Assembly (NCBI RefSeq): GCF_009914755.1
Contig: NC_060934.1
Reading direction: 5' to 3' (one strand)
DNA length: 64,000 bases
Source: the human T2T-CHM13v2.0 reference genome, Homo sapiens
Part shown: piece after piece, positions 28,212 through 42,400 of the stretch
How the letters are laid out: each line of letters starts with the position of its first letter
How positions within the stretch are numbered: position 1 is the stretch's first letter
Made by a program: the position numbers and the translations under genes
The notes under the pieces: generated by a model
Told to the model about the DNA's origin: nothing
The model's database searches: none
Seen by the model: only the letters and a program-made list of their open reading frames with translations

Positions 28212-28730
28212 TGACTTAACAGACATTATTTACCTCCTTGTTCTAAAAGAGAGGTGGGGATGGTTTGTGGTCAAAACTTTTAAAAGACATAAAATGTAAA
28301 TATAGACTTTGAATGTGTAATATAAAGATTTAAGGTTAAAATGTCAGACCTTGCCTGTGTAAGAGTGTTTGTTGCCATGGCTCCCCCTTTGTCCTTACCC
28401 CTCCTGACAATAGCGTCCTGTTCAAAGATAAGAAAGTTGGAGTTTTTCAATGTCTACACTGCTGGGAGAGGCAGAGGGATGGGAGGTGGTAGAAAAGAGA
28501 AAACAATTAGTTGGTTTGCCTCTAAAATTTTGCAAAGGGATGAATCTAAGTAAAAAGAATTCTGGGTAACAATACAGTTCTTGAATAAAAACTAAATTTT
28601 TCAAAATAGAAAACATTGTATCACAAAGATATTAAATCCTTTGGCTCTTTGGTTTCATTTAAATGCCAGAGATATTATTACTGTAGAGGAAATGTGTTAT
28701 AGCTCTTCTATTTAAACTTTGATTGGGCTC

Positions 28731-28983
28731 TGTATAGCCAAGACAATCCTAAGCAAAAAGAATGAGAACACATGGACACAGGGAAAGGAACATCACACAC
28801 TGGGGCCCATCGGGTGTAGAGGGGCAAAGGGAGGGAGAGCATTAGGACAAATACCTCATGTATGTGAGGCTTAAAACCTCAATGATGGGTTGATATGGGC
28901 AGCAAACAACCATGGGACTTGTATACTTATGTAACAAACCTACACATTCTGCACATGTATCTCAGAACTTAAAGTGAAAAAAA
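28731..28983 (+). mobile_element. Short L1PA insertion with internal deletion
   Basis: L1 3'UTR plus A tail; 17-bp TSD aaactttg(a/g)ttgggctc at 28714-28730 and 28984-29000. Confidence 0.92.
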
Positions 28984-29577
28984 AAACTTTGGTTGGGCTC
29001 ATTTTTTCTGAGGTAGAATAATTAAGACTCATGATGAGTGTGACTTTTTCAAGATATTTAAGAATTTAGAATAAACAAATATGTGAATGAATTCATTATA
29101 CCTTTATACACAAAGCATGTAACTATTTGTGTAAACATACTCCACTTGGTGGTGTAAGGAAAGCCTCTGAGTGATTTTACACACCAGTTAATAGATGGGT
29201 AGTGTTGGATGAGAGCCCAAAAAAGGCTCTTTATTGTCATTCTTTAGGATTACAGCACAGTTTACGTATGTCTCATTTGGCCCTTTGCAATACAAATAAG
29301 GCCTATATGTATGTTCTCCCTATGTTTTGCTAATGAAGAAATGAAGACTTAGAGATTTCATCTGACTATGGAAGACAGCTACTCAACAGAACTAAGGTTC
29401 TATGTACTCAGAATGACATGGAAGAGATAGATATGCTGAATTTACTTTTTAAAAATTTTAAACACTCCAGAATACATCTTATATTTTGCCAATAAAATAG
29501 ACCTGTCTTTTAAAACATACTGCTCTCTTGTTTTATTCTATGAAGTTGATTTTACACAACTTAAAGGCAAATTTGCC

Positions 29578-29716
29578 TTTTTTTTTTTTTTTAAATAAAG
29601 GAGGGTCTCACTATGTTACTCATGCTGGCCTCAAATTCCTGACCTGGGCTCAAGGGATTTTCCCATCTCAGCCTCCTGAGTAGCTGGGAATACAGGCATG
29701 CACCATCTTGCCTGGC
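29578..29716 (-). mobile_element. Alu monomer
   Basis: Poly-T plus single antisense arm. Confidence 0.8.
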
Positions 29717-29861
29717 TTCGTCTTATGTCTATACATTCAATTTCAATGGATAAATAAGAATAAAAATAGAGGTAGTGAAATAGCCTAAATGCAGCAGTAA
29801 AATAAATGAGATGATAAATTTTTATAAATGATCACATCTTTTTTCTTCTCTCCCTCTATAG

Positions 29862-29936
29862 ATTTACCTTTGGAGTCCAACCCTTCTGACCATCCAGAGG
29901 CAAGCACAATATTCCTGAGAAAATCTCAAATAGATG
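29862..29936 (+). pseudogene. CCNYL exon 2 (75 nt)
   Basis: ttttcttctctccctctatag|AT TTA CCT...ATA GAT G|gtgaga; DLPLESNPSDHPEASTIFLRKSQID. Confidence 0.93.
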
Positions 29937-30681
29937 GTGAGACAACATTGTTTTTTCTGCCAAGAAAAAAAATAAAAGTCTTGTTCTTTGATCAGCTGTA
30001 TTATAGAAAGTATTTAGAAACTCATATTGGTTTAATTTTTTCAACTTTTCACATATTTACTTGTCTTATTTTAATATGTGATATACTTTTTTTAAGTTGT
30101 TACTGTGTTAGTGAAATCATGTAAACTTTTTGTTTATACATTTTGCCATCTTTTTATCAATGCAATTTGTCATGTGATGGAGGAGTCATAGATTTATCTT
30201 TATTTATAATTCTTTGCCCCTTTTCCCTTGCTCCAAAGAGTACATTTTAAAGATAGAACTTAGGCTTCAGCTTGGTTTCCAGTTAAACAAATAAAAGAAA
30301 ACATAGTTGTTCATCAGCAGAGATTGAATCTGTGATTTTGGACTCCTCTTGCACAGTCCCCTGATCACATGTGTTTATCACATCCAAGTTTATGCTTCTT
30401 GAAACTTTTAAGTTATTAACCTTTTCATCTAATGTAGTATAAATTTAAACATGCCCCACTCTTGCTTATTTTCCTTAATGTTATGTTAAATCCTCACTTG
30501 TTTGCTAAAAAGCCATACACAGCCAAGTTTTCCAGTTGATTTAAGCAGCAAGAATACAAGTGAGGATCTATAATAATATGGGAAGTAATGCAGCACAGTA
30601 AAATATGGGAGTTTGTAACCTTTCTTTTTGTAGTTTGAGTAGACTTTGCCTGTCTTGAGTCAGGTATTTCTGGTTAGAATT

Positions 30682-31081
30682 TGTGTTCAGTTTTGCATTA
30701 CTATAAAGAGGTACCTAAGGCTGGGTAATTTACAACAAAAAGAAATTTAATTGGCTCATAAATCTTCAGGCTGTACAAGCATGGCTTCAACATCTGCTTC
30801 TGGTGAGAGCTTCAGCAAACTTACAATCATGATGGAAGGCAAAGGGGAAGCAGGTGGTTCCACATGGTGAGAGAGGGAGGGAGAGGTAGGTAGAGGGAAG
30901 GTGTCACACTCTTTTAAACTACCAGAATGAGAATTTGCTTCTTATCATGGGGATGGCACCAAGCCATTCATACGGAATCCACCACCATTACCCAAACACC
31001 TCCCACTAGGCCCTGTCTCCAACATTAAGGGTCACATTTTAACATGAGATTTGGAGGGGGAAAAATATCCAAACCATATCA
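30682..31081 (-). mobile_element. MST MaLR solo LTR
   Basis: Ends ccaaaccatatca; TSD gaatt/gagtt. Confidence 0.88.
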
Positions 31082-31852
31082 GAGTTGTTTTTCCCAGTTC
31101 CTTCCAGAGCTATGGGCTTCTCACACATAGAGAGCATGGAAGAGGTAAAACAATAGCTATTCCATGTCCCTCACTCTTCAGTGGAAGGAATGTTTGCCTG
31201 CAAGGCCCTTCCAGCATCAAAGGTGGAGGTGGTGTAGGAAACAAAGCATGACCTCTTAGAGCTTTTATTATGCTGGCCTTTTTTTTTTTTTGAGAAAAAA
31301 AAAGATTTTCTTTGCTGCAGACACCATGTCCAATCAGGTTTGTATAGTCATTTTAAAATTTAAATTTAAGATAGGTTACTTTCCAGTTGTTTTGTTTTTA
31401 GTGACATGTTAGTAGATGATCACTAAGTGCGGTTCGAGATGCTTACAGCGATTCTGGTGCATCTAGAGATAGGTGCCTGGCCAGAAAGTAGTTCATAGAG
31501 CTGTTAGGATTCTGGTAAATGAGAAAATACTCATGGCTCATATATGCAAGAGTTAAACTTTTTTATTAGCTAACTTTTTCATCTGGCCTCATTTTTTCCC
31601 CTTTTCTTTTGTACACAAGGATTCTTTCATGTGTATGTAATAGAAACAAAGAGCAAACTGGGTTCAAAAAGTAAAACTAAGTTTTTAGATTTTACTTTAT
31701 GAGATTTATCATGCCAGATAATTTAAATATAAATTGTTGAAAGTAATTTTTAAATGGAATTTTTCCTCATTTAGGAGTATTCAGTAAGACATTAACTACT
31801 ACTCTTATTTTATAGTATTTGTATCAGAAGTGACCTTTTTTTTCATTCTTAG

Positions 31853-31887
31853 TACAAGAAAAAAGAAAAAGCAACTATACAGAGCGT
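31853..31887 (+). pseudogene. CCNYL exon 3 (35 nt)
   Basis: tttttttcattcttag|TA CAA GAA AAA AGA AAA AGC AAC TAT ACA GAG CGT|gtacgt. Confidence 0.88.
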
Positions 31888-34522
31888 GTACGTAAACAGT
31901 CAAAAAGTTAAGAAATTGATAGTTTGATATAAAAATATGTCTCTCTTGATTCCTTTAAATTATAATGGGGACCCAGTGGTGATAGCATGGACTTCTTTTT
32001 GTATTTTCCTAAGTATCGAATTTATCCAGAGAAGTCTTCAGCTTAGTGTGTCCACCTTTTAAGAATTTCTGACATTTAAGTTAAATTTCAATAGTCTGGT
32101 TGTGTCATAAAGATCTGCCTTAAATATTTAATCATATTTTTAATCAGATAACAAAAATAGAATAGCTAAGAAATAACAAATAACAGAATAACAAATACAG
32201 AATAATAAATATGAAAAATAGAATAGCTATCAGCACTGTCTATTGACTTTGTCATAGCAGATGAAAGCATACCTTCCTCACTACACCATGACCTTATTTT
32301 TCTCCCTCTGTTTCTTCCAATTGTAGCACACTTTTTAATTAAATCAGTAATATTTACATGATTATGACTATGCAAATTCTATTCACTGCTAAGTCATATG
32401 GTGTTTTCGCTGTGCCTCTGCATTATATGTCCTTCATTCCTTCTCTGAAACAGTTCTGAAATCTGAGCATTTCTGCACTTTTTCTGGGTCATCTCTTTTT
32501 CCCTAGCCTATGTTGCTTTACCCAGACAAATGCAATAAGTAGCCACTGGCTGGTCTGTTTGCTTTCACATCCATTATTTTTTAGCATGAAGCTAATTTTC
32601 TGACTATATTTGTTTGCCTGTTTTCTAACAGCTGTTTTCCCTTCAAGTGTTGTAGCATTTATCACATGCCTTTCAAAGATACTTTCCATCTGCTAAAACA
32701 CATCTGTTCCATTTTTTTTTTTTTTTTTTTGCCGTCGGTAGTGGGGCAACTTTCTTTGGCATTTTGTCATTCTAGTTCAATATAGAGTGGCTTTCCCTAG
32801 ATATGCTCGATGTCTGCTTTTCTGTGCTAGCGCCTTAAAGTCTTTTGGGATCTCACATAACTGCCATCTTGTGTGGGATCACCTGAGTCCTAGATTCTGT
32901 TTCCTGCTGTCCTGTTATCCTCTCTGGTTGTACTTGAGCACATTTTCCTGGGCAAAGATGTTTAGGGATCTGGCCAGTCTTAAAATCCCTCCTTTTTGAT
33001 AGAGAGTAAACTTCTAGGTTGAATCTAAACTTTATGGTTCTGAAGATATTTCACAATTGTGCTCTCATTACAGTGTTGTTCTCGACTCTATTGCCATTGT
33101 GAGATACATTATTTATGACCAAGTTTTATGTATCTGTGGAAGCTTTTTAGAAGCTTCTTGCTCACTGAGAGTCTGAAATTTCTTAATAACAGCTTGGTGG
33201 GAATCTTTTCATTTTATTGAGGCTACTATGTCTGAAGACTATCTCTTCTTGGGAATTTTTAAATTTTCTCTGTTCCTTTTTTTCTGATAGTCTTGTTATT
33301 CAGATACTCGGCTGCTTAGACCAGTATACTTGCATTGTTTTTTAATTTTTCCTCTTCGATTTTTCAGTTTCTGTGACTTCTTACTCTAATATTTCTATTG
33401 CATTTCATATCTTTTTCAGTGTGTTTTTAGTTTTTTTTTAAATTTTATTATTATTATACTTTAAGTTTTAGGTTTTTAAAAAAGTTTTGCTCCTGATTTT
33501 GACTGGTCCATGAATCCCTTTTTTCTGTTGTTTTGCTCTCTCTTGTTGGAGGCTTCCTTCCAATGTGTGATGGTCCCTGGCTTTATTTGGAAGCAGGACT
33601 TCTGTTAACTGATAGCACTCAGTGTGAGGTTTTGGAAGCCAAACTAGCTTTTCATTTGCGAGACTTCAGTGAATTATCTGGGGATCTTTACTAGAGTCAG
33701 TTCAGTTTCTTCTGAGAAAGGATCTCCCAATTTTCTGCCTGGGAAGTAAAAGAATGTCTACTTGCTTTCCAAAAGCAGAGTTAGGGAAGCAAGTTGGAGT
33801 TCTATTTTTGGTGTACAGTTTTCTTTATATCTCAGGTTTAAGCTGTGATATTTCTGAACCTAGAAATTCTCAGGTTTGGTATATCCAGAGAACACACATC
33901 TGTTTCTTATCAGATGGGAGGACAGGTGGACTTGGGGCTCTAACCACAGATTTTCTGACCTTGCTGGCTTTTGTTTTACATTTTACCCTACTTTCCAAAG
34001 TTCCATTTGCCTGTAAGTTCACAGCTTGCCTTTACTTCTACAAGACAAACTGGCTTGCTTCTCTTCCAGTCACTTTCTGTAGGGACCAAAGTTGTGCTTC
34101 TGTGTTATTTACCACTACTTTATGTACTTTTTATGTCCCAGCATTTATTAAAAATCATCTCTGTCAACCTTTTCTCCTGATCCTGTGTGTAACCTGTATT
34201 TTATGTATGAGTAATGAGATTTCCAGAGGCAGAGGAAATAAATTTGTGGTCAATGTATTATATTTAATCCAAATTTAAGACCTATATTTACATGTGAATC
34301 AAAGTTTAATTTCAATATAATTAATGGTATTAACCCAGACAATTTTTTTATTGATGTATCTATAATAAGCGTATTATACTTTTCTCCTAAGGCCTTGTTT
34401 AATATTTTTATTCAAACTTACACTGCCATATTATCCAATTACCTCACAACATAGATGGAGCTGTTTTCATGAATGCCCAAAGTGTTAGAAATATTTAAGT
34501 TAATTAAAATTTGTTTATTTTT

Positions 34523-34738
34523 AGCTTGGTCAACATAGCAAGAACTCATCTCTACAGAAAGGTTAAATAACAAATTAGCCCGAGGCATGGTGGCATGTGC
34601 CTTTAGTTTTACCTACTCAGGAGGCTGAGGCAGAGGATCGCTTGATCTCAGGAGTTTGAGGCTGTAGTTAACTGTAACTGCACCACTGCACTCCAGCGTG
34701 AGCAACAAAGGGAGACCCTGTCTCAGAAAAAGAAAAAA
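34523..34738 (+). mobile_element. Partial AluJ
   Basis: Diverged Alu with A tail. Confidence 0.85.
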
Positions 34739-34845
34739 GTTATTATTTAAAAACATATCTAAAATTTGTCCTGCCAAAAAGGAGAGAGGAAAACATAAAC
34801 TTGAGTTTTCATTTTATTTTATAGTTGCTGGGAAGAATGCCGTAG

Positions 34846-37210
34846 TTTATTTATTTATATATTTTTATTTCCATAGGGTTTGGGGGAAACAGGTGGTATT
34901 TGGTTACATGAGTAAATTCTTTAGTGGTGATTTTTGAGATTTTGGTGTACCTGTTGCTTGAACAGTATCCACTGAACCCAATTTGTAGTCTTTTATCCCT
35001 CACCCCCTTCCCACCCTTTTCCCTGTGTCCCCAAAGTCCATTGTTTCATTCTTATGCCTTTGCATCCTCATAGCTTAGCTCCCACATATGAATGAGAACA
35101 CATGATCTTTAGTTTTCCATTCCTGAGTTACTTCACTTAGAATAATAGTCTCCAATTCAATCCAGGTTGCTGGGAATGCCATTCATTTATTCCTTATTAT
35201 GACTGAGTGGTATTTCTTAATCCACTTGTTGATTAATGGGCATTTGGGCTGGTTCCATATTTTTATAATTGAAAACTGTGCTGCTGCAAACATACATGTG
35301 CAAGAATCTTTTTTTGTATAATGACTTCTTTTCCTCTGGGTAGATACCCAGCAGTGGGATTGCTGGATTGAATGGTGGTTCTACTTTTAGTTTTTTAAGG
35401 AACCTCCACACTGCTTTCCATAGTGGTTGTACTAGTTTCCATTTTTACCAGCATTGTAGAGAAGTGTTTTCTTTTCACTGCATCCACACCAACATCTATA
35501 ATTTTTTGATTTTTTGATCATGGCCATTCTTGCAGGAGTAAGGTGGTATGGCATTGTGGTTTTGATTTTCATTTTCCTGATCATTAGTGATGTTGAGCAT
35601 TTTAGTGGTATATCTTCTTTTAAGAATTGTGTATTTATGTCCTTAGCCCACTTTTTGATGGGATTGTTTGTTTTTTCTCTTGCCCATTTGTTTGAGTTCC
35701 TTGTAGATTCTGTATATTAGTCCTTTGTCAGATATATAGATTGTGAAGATTTTCTCCCATTCTGTGGGTTGTCTGTTTACTCTGCTGATTGTTCCTTTTC
35801 CTGTGCAGAAGCTCTTTAGTTAAGTCTCACCTGTTTATCTTTGTTTTTGTTGCATTTGCTTTTGGGTTCTTGGTTATGAAGTCTTTGCCTAAGCCAATGT
35901 CTAGAAGGTTTTTCTGATGTTATCTTCAACAATTTTTAAGGTTTCAGGTTGTAGATTTATGTCCTTTATCCATCTTGAGTTGATTTTTGTATAAGGTGAA
36001 AGGTGAGGATCCAGTTTCATTCTCCTGCACGTGGCTTTGCCAATTATCGCAGCACCATTTGTTGAATAGGGTTTATGTTCTTCAATTTATGTTTTAGTTG
36101 GCTTTGTTGAAGATAAGTTGGCTGTATGTATTTGGGTTTATTTCTGGGGTTTTCATTCTCTTCCATTGGTGTATGTGCCTATTTTTATACCAGTACCATG
36201 CTGTTTTGGTGACAATGGCCTTATTGTATAGTTCAAAGTCAGATAATGTGATGGCTCCAGATTTGTTGTTTTTACTTAGTTTTGTTTTGGCTGTGCAGGT
36301 TCTTGTTTGGTACCATATTTTAGGATTGTTTTTTCTAGTTCTGTGAAAAATGATGATGGTATTTTGATAGGAATTGCATTGAATTTGTAGGTTGTTTTTG
36401 GCAGTATGGTCATTTTCACAATATTGATTCTACCCATTCATGAGCATGGGATGTCTTTCCACTTGTTTGTTATCCATGATTTCATTCAGCAATGTTTTGT
36501 AGTTTCCAATGGCATATCAAAAAGATAATCTGCCATGATCAAGTAGGTTTCATATCAGGGATGCAGGTATGGCTTAACATATGGAAGTCAATAAATGTGA
36601 TACACCACATAAACAGAATTAAAAACAAAAATCACGTGATCATCTTAATAGATGCATAAAAAGCATTTAACAAAATCCAGCATCCTTTTATGATTAAAAC
36701 CCTCAGCAAAATTTTCATACAAGGGACATACCTCAATGTGATAAAATCTATCCATTACAAACCCACAGCCAACATAATATTTAGTGGCAAAAATTTGAAA
36801 GCATTCCTCCTGAGAACTGGAACAAGACAAGGATGCCCACTCTCACCACTCCTATTCAATATAGTACTGGAAGGCCTAGCCAGAGCAATCACACAAGAGA
36901 AAGAAATAAAGGGCATGCACATCAGTAAATTGGAAGTCAAACTGTCACTGTTTGCTGATGATATGATCGTATACCTAGAAAACCCTAAAGACTCCTCCAA
37001 AAAAACTCCTAGAACTGATAATTGAATTCAGAAAAGTTTCCGGATACAAAATTAGTGTACACAAATCAGTAGCTCTGTTATACCCCAACAGCAACCAAGC
37101 TGAGAATCAAACCAATAACTCAACCCCTTTACAACAGCTGCAAGAAAAAAAAAAAAAAAACCTTAGGAATATACCTAAGCAAGGAGGTGAAAGACCTCTA
37201 CAAGGAAAAC
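34846..37210 (-). mobile_element. L1PB-type element with 5' inversion
   Basis: 3'UTR/ORF2 on the - strand 34846 to about 36507, then RT-region ORF2 on the + strand to 37210 ([13 protein letters not shown]). Confidence 0.92.
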
Positions 37211-38576
37211 AGCTTTAGTGTTTTTAATGTGTTAAAATGATGGGCAGCAGGTACAGTGGAAGAAGTCAGTGGTTGGGCATTGGCGTCCAACGGGTACTGG
37301 ACCTTTGATGGTAAGGCTTTGGTTTTGACTTACTAAAATATGAGGTATGATTATTTTCTAGTTTTTGTCATTAAACCTTAAAACTACTAAGTAAACCCTT
37401 CCATTTCTCATTAAAGACTATACAATTTCATACTCTGTGATTTATGCTGACTGAAGTTAGATTTGTTTCTGTCTATTTTTGACTATCTTAAATAATACCT
37501 ATAAATAGTAAACTGTTAGTAGTGTTTTTGTTGTAATTAAATGTAGTAAGATTTACCTCCAAATTATAACTGAATTAATTTGTCAAGCACTTGTTGAACT
37601 TTTTGATTTATTCAAAATTTTGTGCTGAGCAGCTGGAGGTAGGAACAGTTAGGGCCCTCCCTTACTCTTATGGAGAGACATACTTTCTCATGAAGGGAAT
37701 ACTCTGCTGGAATTAGTATCTTGTAACCAGTTAGTGTACAAAAAAACATGTTTTGGTGAGGCTACTGGCAAAGAGATCCAAGAGGGTAGATGGAGTCAAG
37801 CTTGCTGAAACAAGGAAGGCGAAAAGCATTATTCCAGGCAGAGAACGGGGTAGAGCAGGAAAATGCCTAGGTGCAGGTTAGATGATTTATAGAACAAAAT
37901 TAATCAAGTTTTGAAATGAATGGAAAGTATTCTCTGAGAGTCCTATTTGAGTCATGTCATGTCAGTCTTATTTAAACATGAAGCGAAAGTTAAATTTTTT
38001 AAGTTGTCATCTCTTTTCAGGGTGTGAGAGAATATTTAAGTGACACTCTTTTTATCCTCCTCATAAGAAAACAGGACTAGAGAAACCTATGTCTTCCTCA
38101 CTTATTGGTGGACTAGCAGACCTGGTACATAGAGCCTCTGAATCTGAAACACTTGTTTTGTCACAATATTGCCTGAAATATTACATTTAGGATTAGTAAC
38201 TTAATAAATGTATTAGTCTTGTATTCATTGCAGTAAAATGGTCTTGTACCAATATTATTTAATACATTACATTTTACTGTAGTAAATAAATAACAGAAAT
38301 AGAAATTCTCAGCTGTTTTATGCCACTATAGAAAAAAACAATCAAATCTTACTTTAAACTTTTCTCATTATTTATAAAGGAAATTAATAAAATCCTTGTT
38401 AGGTTTGATGATAGGTACCATATTAAGGGCAGCATTTTATAAACCATATCTCAAACATCATCTGTGGAAGTTAAGAGCCTCCAGTGGGTTTTCTATAGAG
38501 TGCACATGATACCACACTCAGGCAGTTCATGGAGTATAAGAAATATCCTAGTACTTTGAAAAATTTGACATTTTAA

Positions 38577-38744
<168 letters not shown>

Positions 38745-39481
38745 TAATGCTAAGGGACAGACTCCTTTATTCAAAAATTATTTCAGCCATTTGGTTGTAC
38801 TCTTCAGCAATCAGTTTAAGAAATTGGAATCAACTATATATTGATATCCAGATTCTAAATATTAAGTATCAATTTCTCTTTTAATCTTAGATGCCATGGT
38901 GGAAGGAAAAAACAGCAAATAAGCAATCCCAGAAAAAGTGTAGCTATTTATTTGATGCCTTTATGCCTTAAGGCAATGTTGAATGCAATGAGAAGGATAG
39001 GTTCCCTTTATTGAGTGATTTTTGTGAAATATTAGTTTTTCAGTGCATTGTAGGCCTAAATCAATGTGTATTACTTTGGACATTAGTCTTGGAAGAAGGA
39101 ATAGCTTTTTCTCTTCTGGCACCACAGTGTATCTGCATTTGATTTTCTCCCATTGTGCATGAGCACCTCATGGACCACAAAGATGTGCTTTGAGAGCATC
39201 CTGAAATGAAGTTTATTTTAAAAGGAACAACAACCAACACCACCACCAGCTCCACTGGGTTTGTCTAGTGTACATCATTATCACCTCTTTGGGTTATGAG
39301 TATTTATTTTTAGAACACAATTTGGAAAGTGCTAATTTAGAATATTAATGTATTCATCTTTAACTTTACTTTTCATTCTATAAACATAACTAGCTTATAA
39401 ACAATTTTATTTCAAATGCTCTAGCATTTTTCACTAATTCAATTGTCAGTCACTTTTACTTTAATTAAAAATGGCAGCTGG

Positions 39482-42400
39482 CTCCTGACTTGGAGACACC
39501 TCCCAGCAGGGGTTGATAGACACCTCATACAGGAAAGCTGGCATTTGGCGGGTGCCCCTCTGGGACGAAGCTTCCAGAGGAAGGAGCAGGCAGCAATCTT
39601 TGCTGTTCTGCAGCCTCTGCTGGTGATACCCAGGAAAACGGTCTGGAGTGGACCTCCAGCAAACTCCAGCAGACCTGCAGAAGAGGCCTCTGAGTGTTAG
39701 AAGGAAAACTAGCAAACAGAAAGCAATAACATCAACATCAACATCAACAAAAAGGACAACAATGCAAAAACCCCATCAACATCAAAAGGTCATCAACAGC
39801 AAAGATCAAAGGTAGATAAATCTATGAAGATGTGAAAAAACCAGCATAAGAATGCTGAAAATGCTCAAAACCAGAATGCCCCTTCTCCTCCAAAGGATCA
39901 CAGCTCCTCACCAGAAAGGGAACAAAACTGGATGGAGAATGAATTTGACAAATTGACAGAAGTAATCTTCTGAAGGTGGGTAATAACTAGCTCCTCCAAG
40001 CTAAAGGAGCATGTTCCAACCCAATGCAAGAATGCTAAGAACCTTCACAAAAGGTTACAGGAGCTGCTAACTAGAATAAAGAGTTTAGAGAAGAACATAA
40101 ACGACCTGATGGAGCTGAAAAACACAGCACAAGAACTTTGTGAAGCATACACAAGTATCAATAGCACAAGAAAGGATATCAGAGATTGAAGATCACCTTA
40201 ATGAAATAAAGTATGAAGACATGATTAGAGAAAAAAAGAATGAAAAGGACAAAACAAAGCCTCCAAGAAATATGGGACTATATGAAAAGACCAAACCTAT
40301 GATTGATTGTTGTACTTGAAAGTGATGGGAAGAATGGAACCAAGTTGGAAAATACTCTTTAGAATGTTATCCAGGAGAAGGTCCCCAACCTAGCAAGACA
40401 GGCCAGCATTTAAATTCAAGAAATACAGAGAACACCACTAAGATACTCCTTGAGAAGAGCAATCCCAAGACATATAATCATCAGATTCAGCAAGGTTGAA
40501 ATGAAGGAAAAAATTTTAAGGGCAGCCAGAGAGAAAGGTCGGGTTACCTACAAAGGGAAGCCCATCAGACCAACAGCAGATCTCTCTGCAGCAACCCTGC
40601 AAGCCAGAAGAGAGTGGGGGCCAATATTCAACGTTCTTAAAGAATGTTCAACCCAGAATTTCATATCCAGCCAAACTTAGCATCATAAGTGAAGGAGAAA
40701 TAAAATCCTTTACAGACAAGCAAATGCTAAGGGATTTTGTCACCACCAGGCCTGCCTTACAAGAGCTCCTGAAGGAAGCACTAAATATTGAAAAACTGGT
40801 ACCAGCTGCTGCAAAAACATAGCAAAATATAAAGACCAATGACACTATGAAGAAACTGCATCAACTAATATGCTAAATAACCAGCTAGCATCATGATGAC
40901 AGGATCAAATCCACACATAATAATATTAACCTTAAATGTAAACAGGCTAAATGCCCCCATTAAAAGACACAGACTGGCAAATAGGATAAAGAGTCAAGAC
41001 CCATTGGTGTGCTGTATTCAAGAGACCCATCTCATGTGCGATGACACACACGGGCACAAAATAAAGGGATGGGGGAATATTTACCAAGCAAATGGAAAGC
41101 AAAGAAAAGCAGGGGTTGCAATTCTACTCTCTGATAAAACAGACTTTAAACCAACAAAGATAAAAAAAGACAAAGAAGGGTATTACATAATGGTAAAGGG
41201 ATCAATGCAATAAGAAGAGCTAACTACCCTAAATATATGTGTACCCAGTACAGGAGCACCCAGATTCATAAAGCAAGTTCTTACAGACCTACAAAGAGAC
41301 TTAGATGTCCACACAATAATAGTGGAGACTTTAACACCCCACTGTCAATATCAGACAGATCAGTGAGACAGAAAATTAACAAGGATATTCAGGACTTGAA
41401 CTCAACTCTGGAACAAGCAGATCTAAAAGACACCTACAGAACTCTCCACCCCAAATCAACAGAATATACATTATTCTCAGCACTTATTCTAAAATGGACC
41501 ACTTAAATGGAAGTAAAACACTCCTGAGCCAATGCAAAAGAATGGAAATCGTAACAGTCTCTCAGACCATAGTGCAATCAAATTAGAACTCAAGATTTAG
41601 AAACTCACTCAAAACTGCACAACTATATGGAATCTGAACAACCTGCTCCTGAATGACTATTAAGAAGAACCTGCTCCTGAATGACTACTGAGTAAATAAT
41701 GAAATTAAGGCAGAAATAAAGAAGTTGTTTGAAACCAATGAGAACAAAGACACAACATACCAGAATCTCTGGGACACAGCTAAAGCAGTGTTTAGAGGGA
41801 AATTTGTAGCACTAAATGTCCAGATCAGAAAGTGGGAAAGATATAAAATCAACACCCTAACATCACCATTAAAAGAACTAGAGAAGCAAGAACAAACAAA
41901 TTCAAAAAGCTAGCAGAAGAAAAGAAATATCTAAGATCAGAGCAGAACTGAAGGAGATAGAGACTCAAAAATCCCCTCAAAAAATCAATGAATCCAAGAG
42001 CCGGTTTTCTGAAAAGGTTAACAAAATAGATAGACTGCTAACCAGATGAATAAAGAAGAAAAGGGAGAAGAATCAAAATGATACAATAAAAAATGATAAA
42101 GGATATCACCACCAATCCCACAGAAATACAGACTACCATCAGAGAATACTATAAACACCTCTGTGCAAATAAACTAGAAAATCTAGAAGAAATGGATAGA
42201 TTCCTGGACACATGCACCCTCCAAAGATTAAACTAGGAAGAAGTTGAATCCATGAATAGACCAATAACAAGTTCTGAAATTGAAGCAGTAATTAATACCC
42301 TAACAACTAAGAAAAGTCCAGGACCAGACGTATTCCCAGTCAGATTCTACCAGAGGTACAAAGAGGAGCTGGTACCATTCTGAAACTATTCCAAACAATA

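Noticed and set aside
33754-34278. 174-aa ORF
   Set aside because: Non-ATG-independent support is lacking: intronic T-rich sequence next to old L1 debris, with no homology I recognise.
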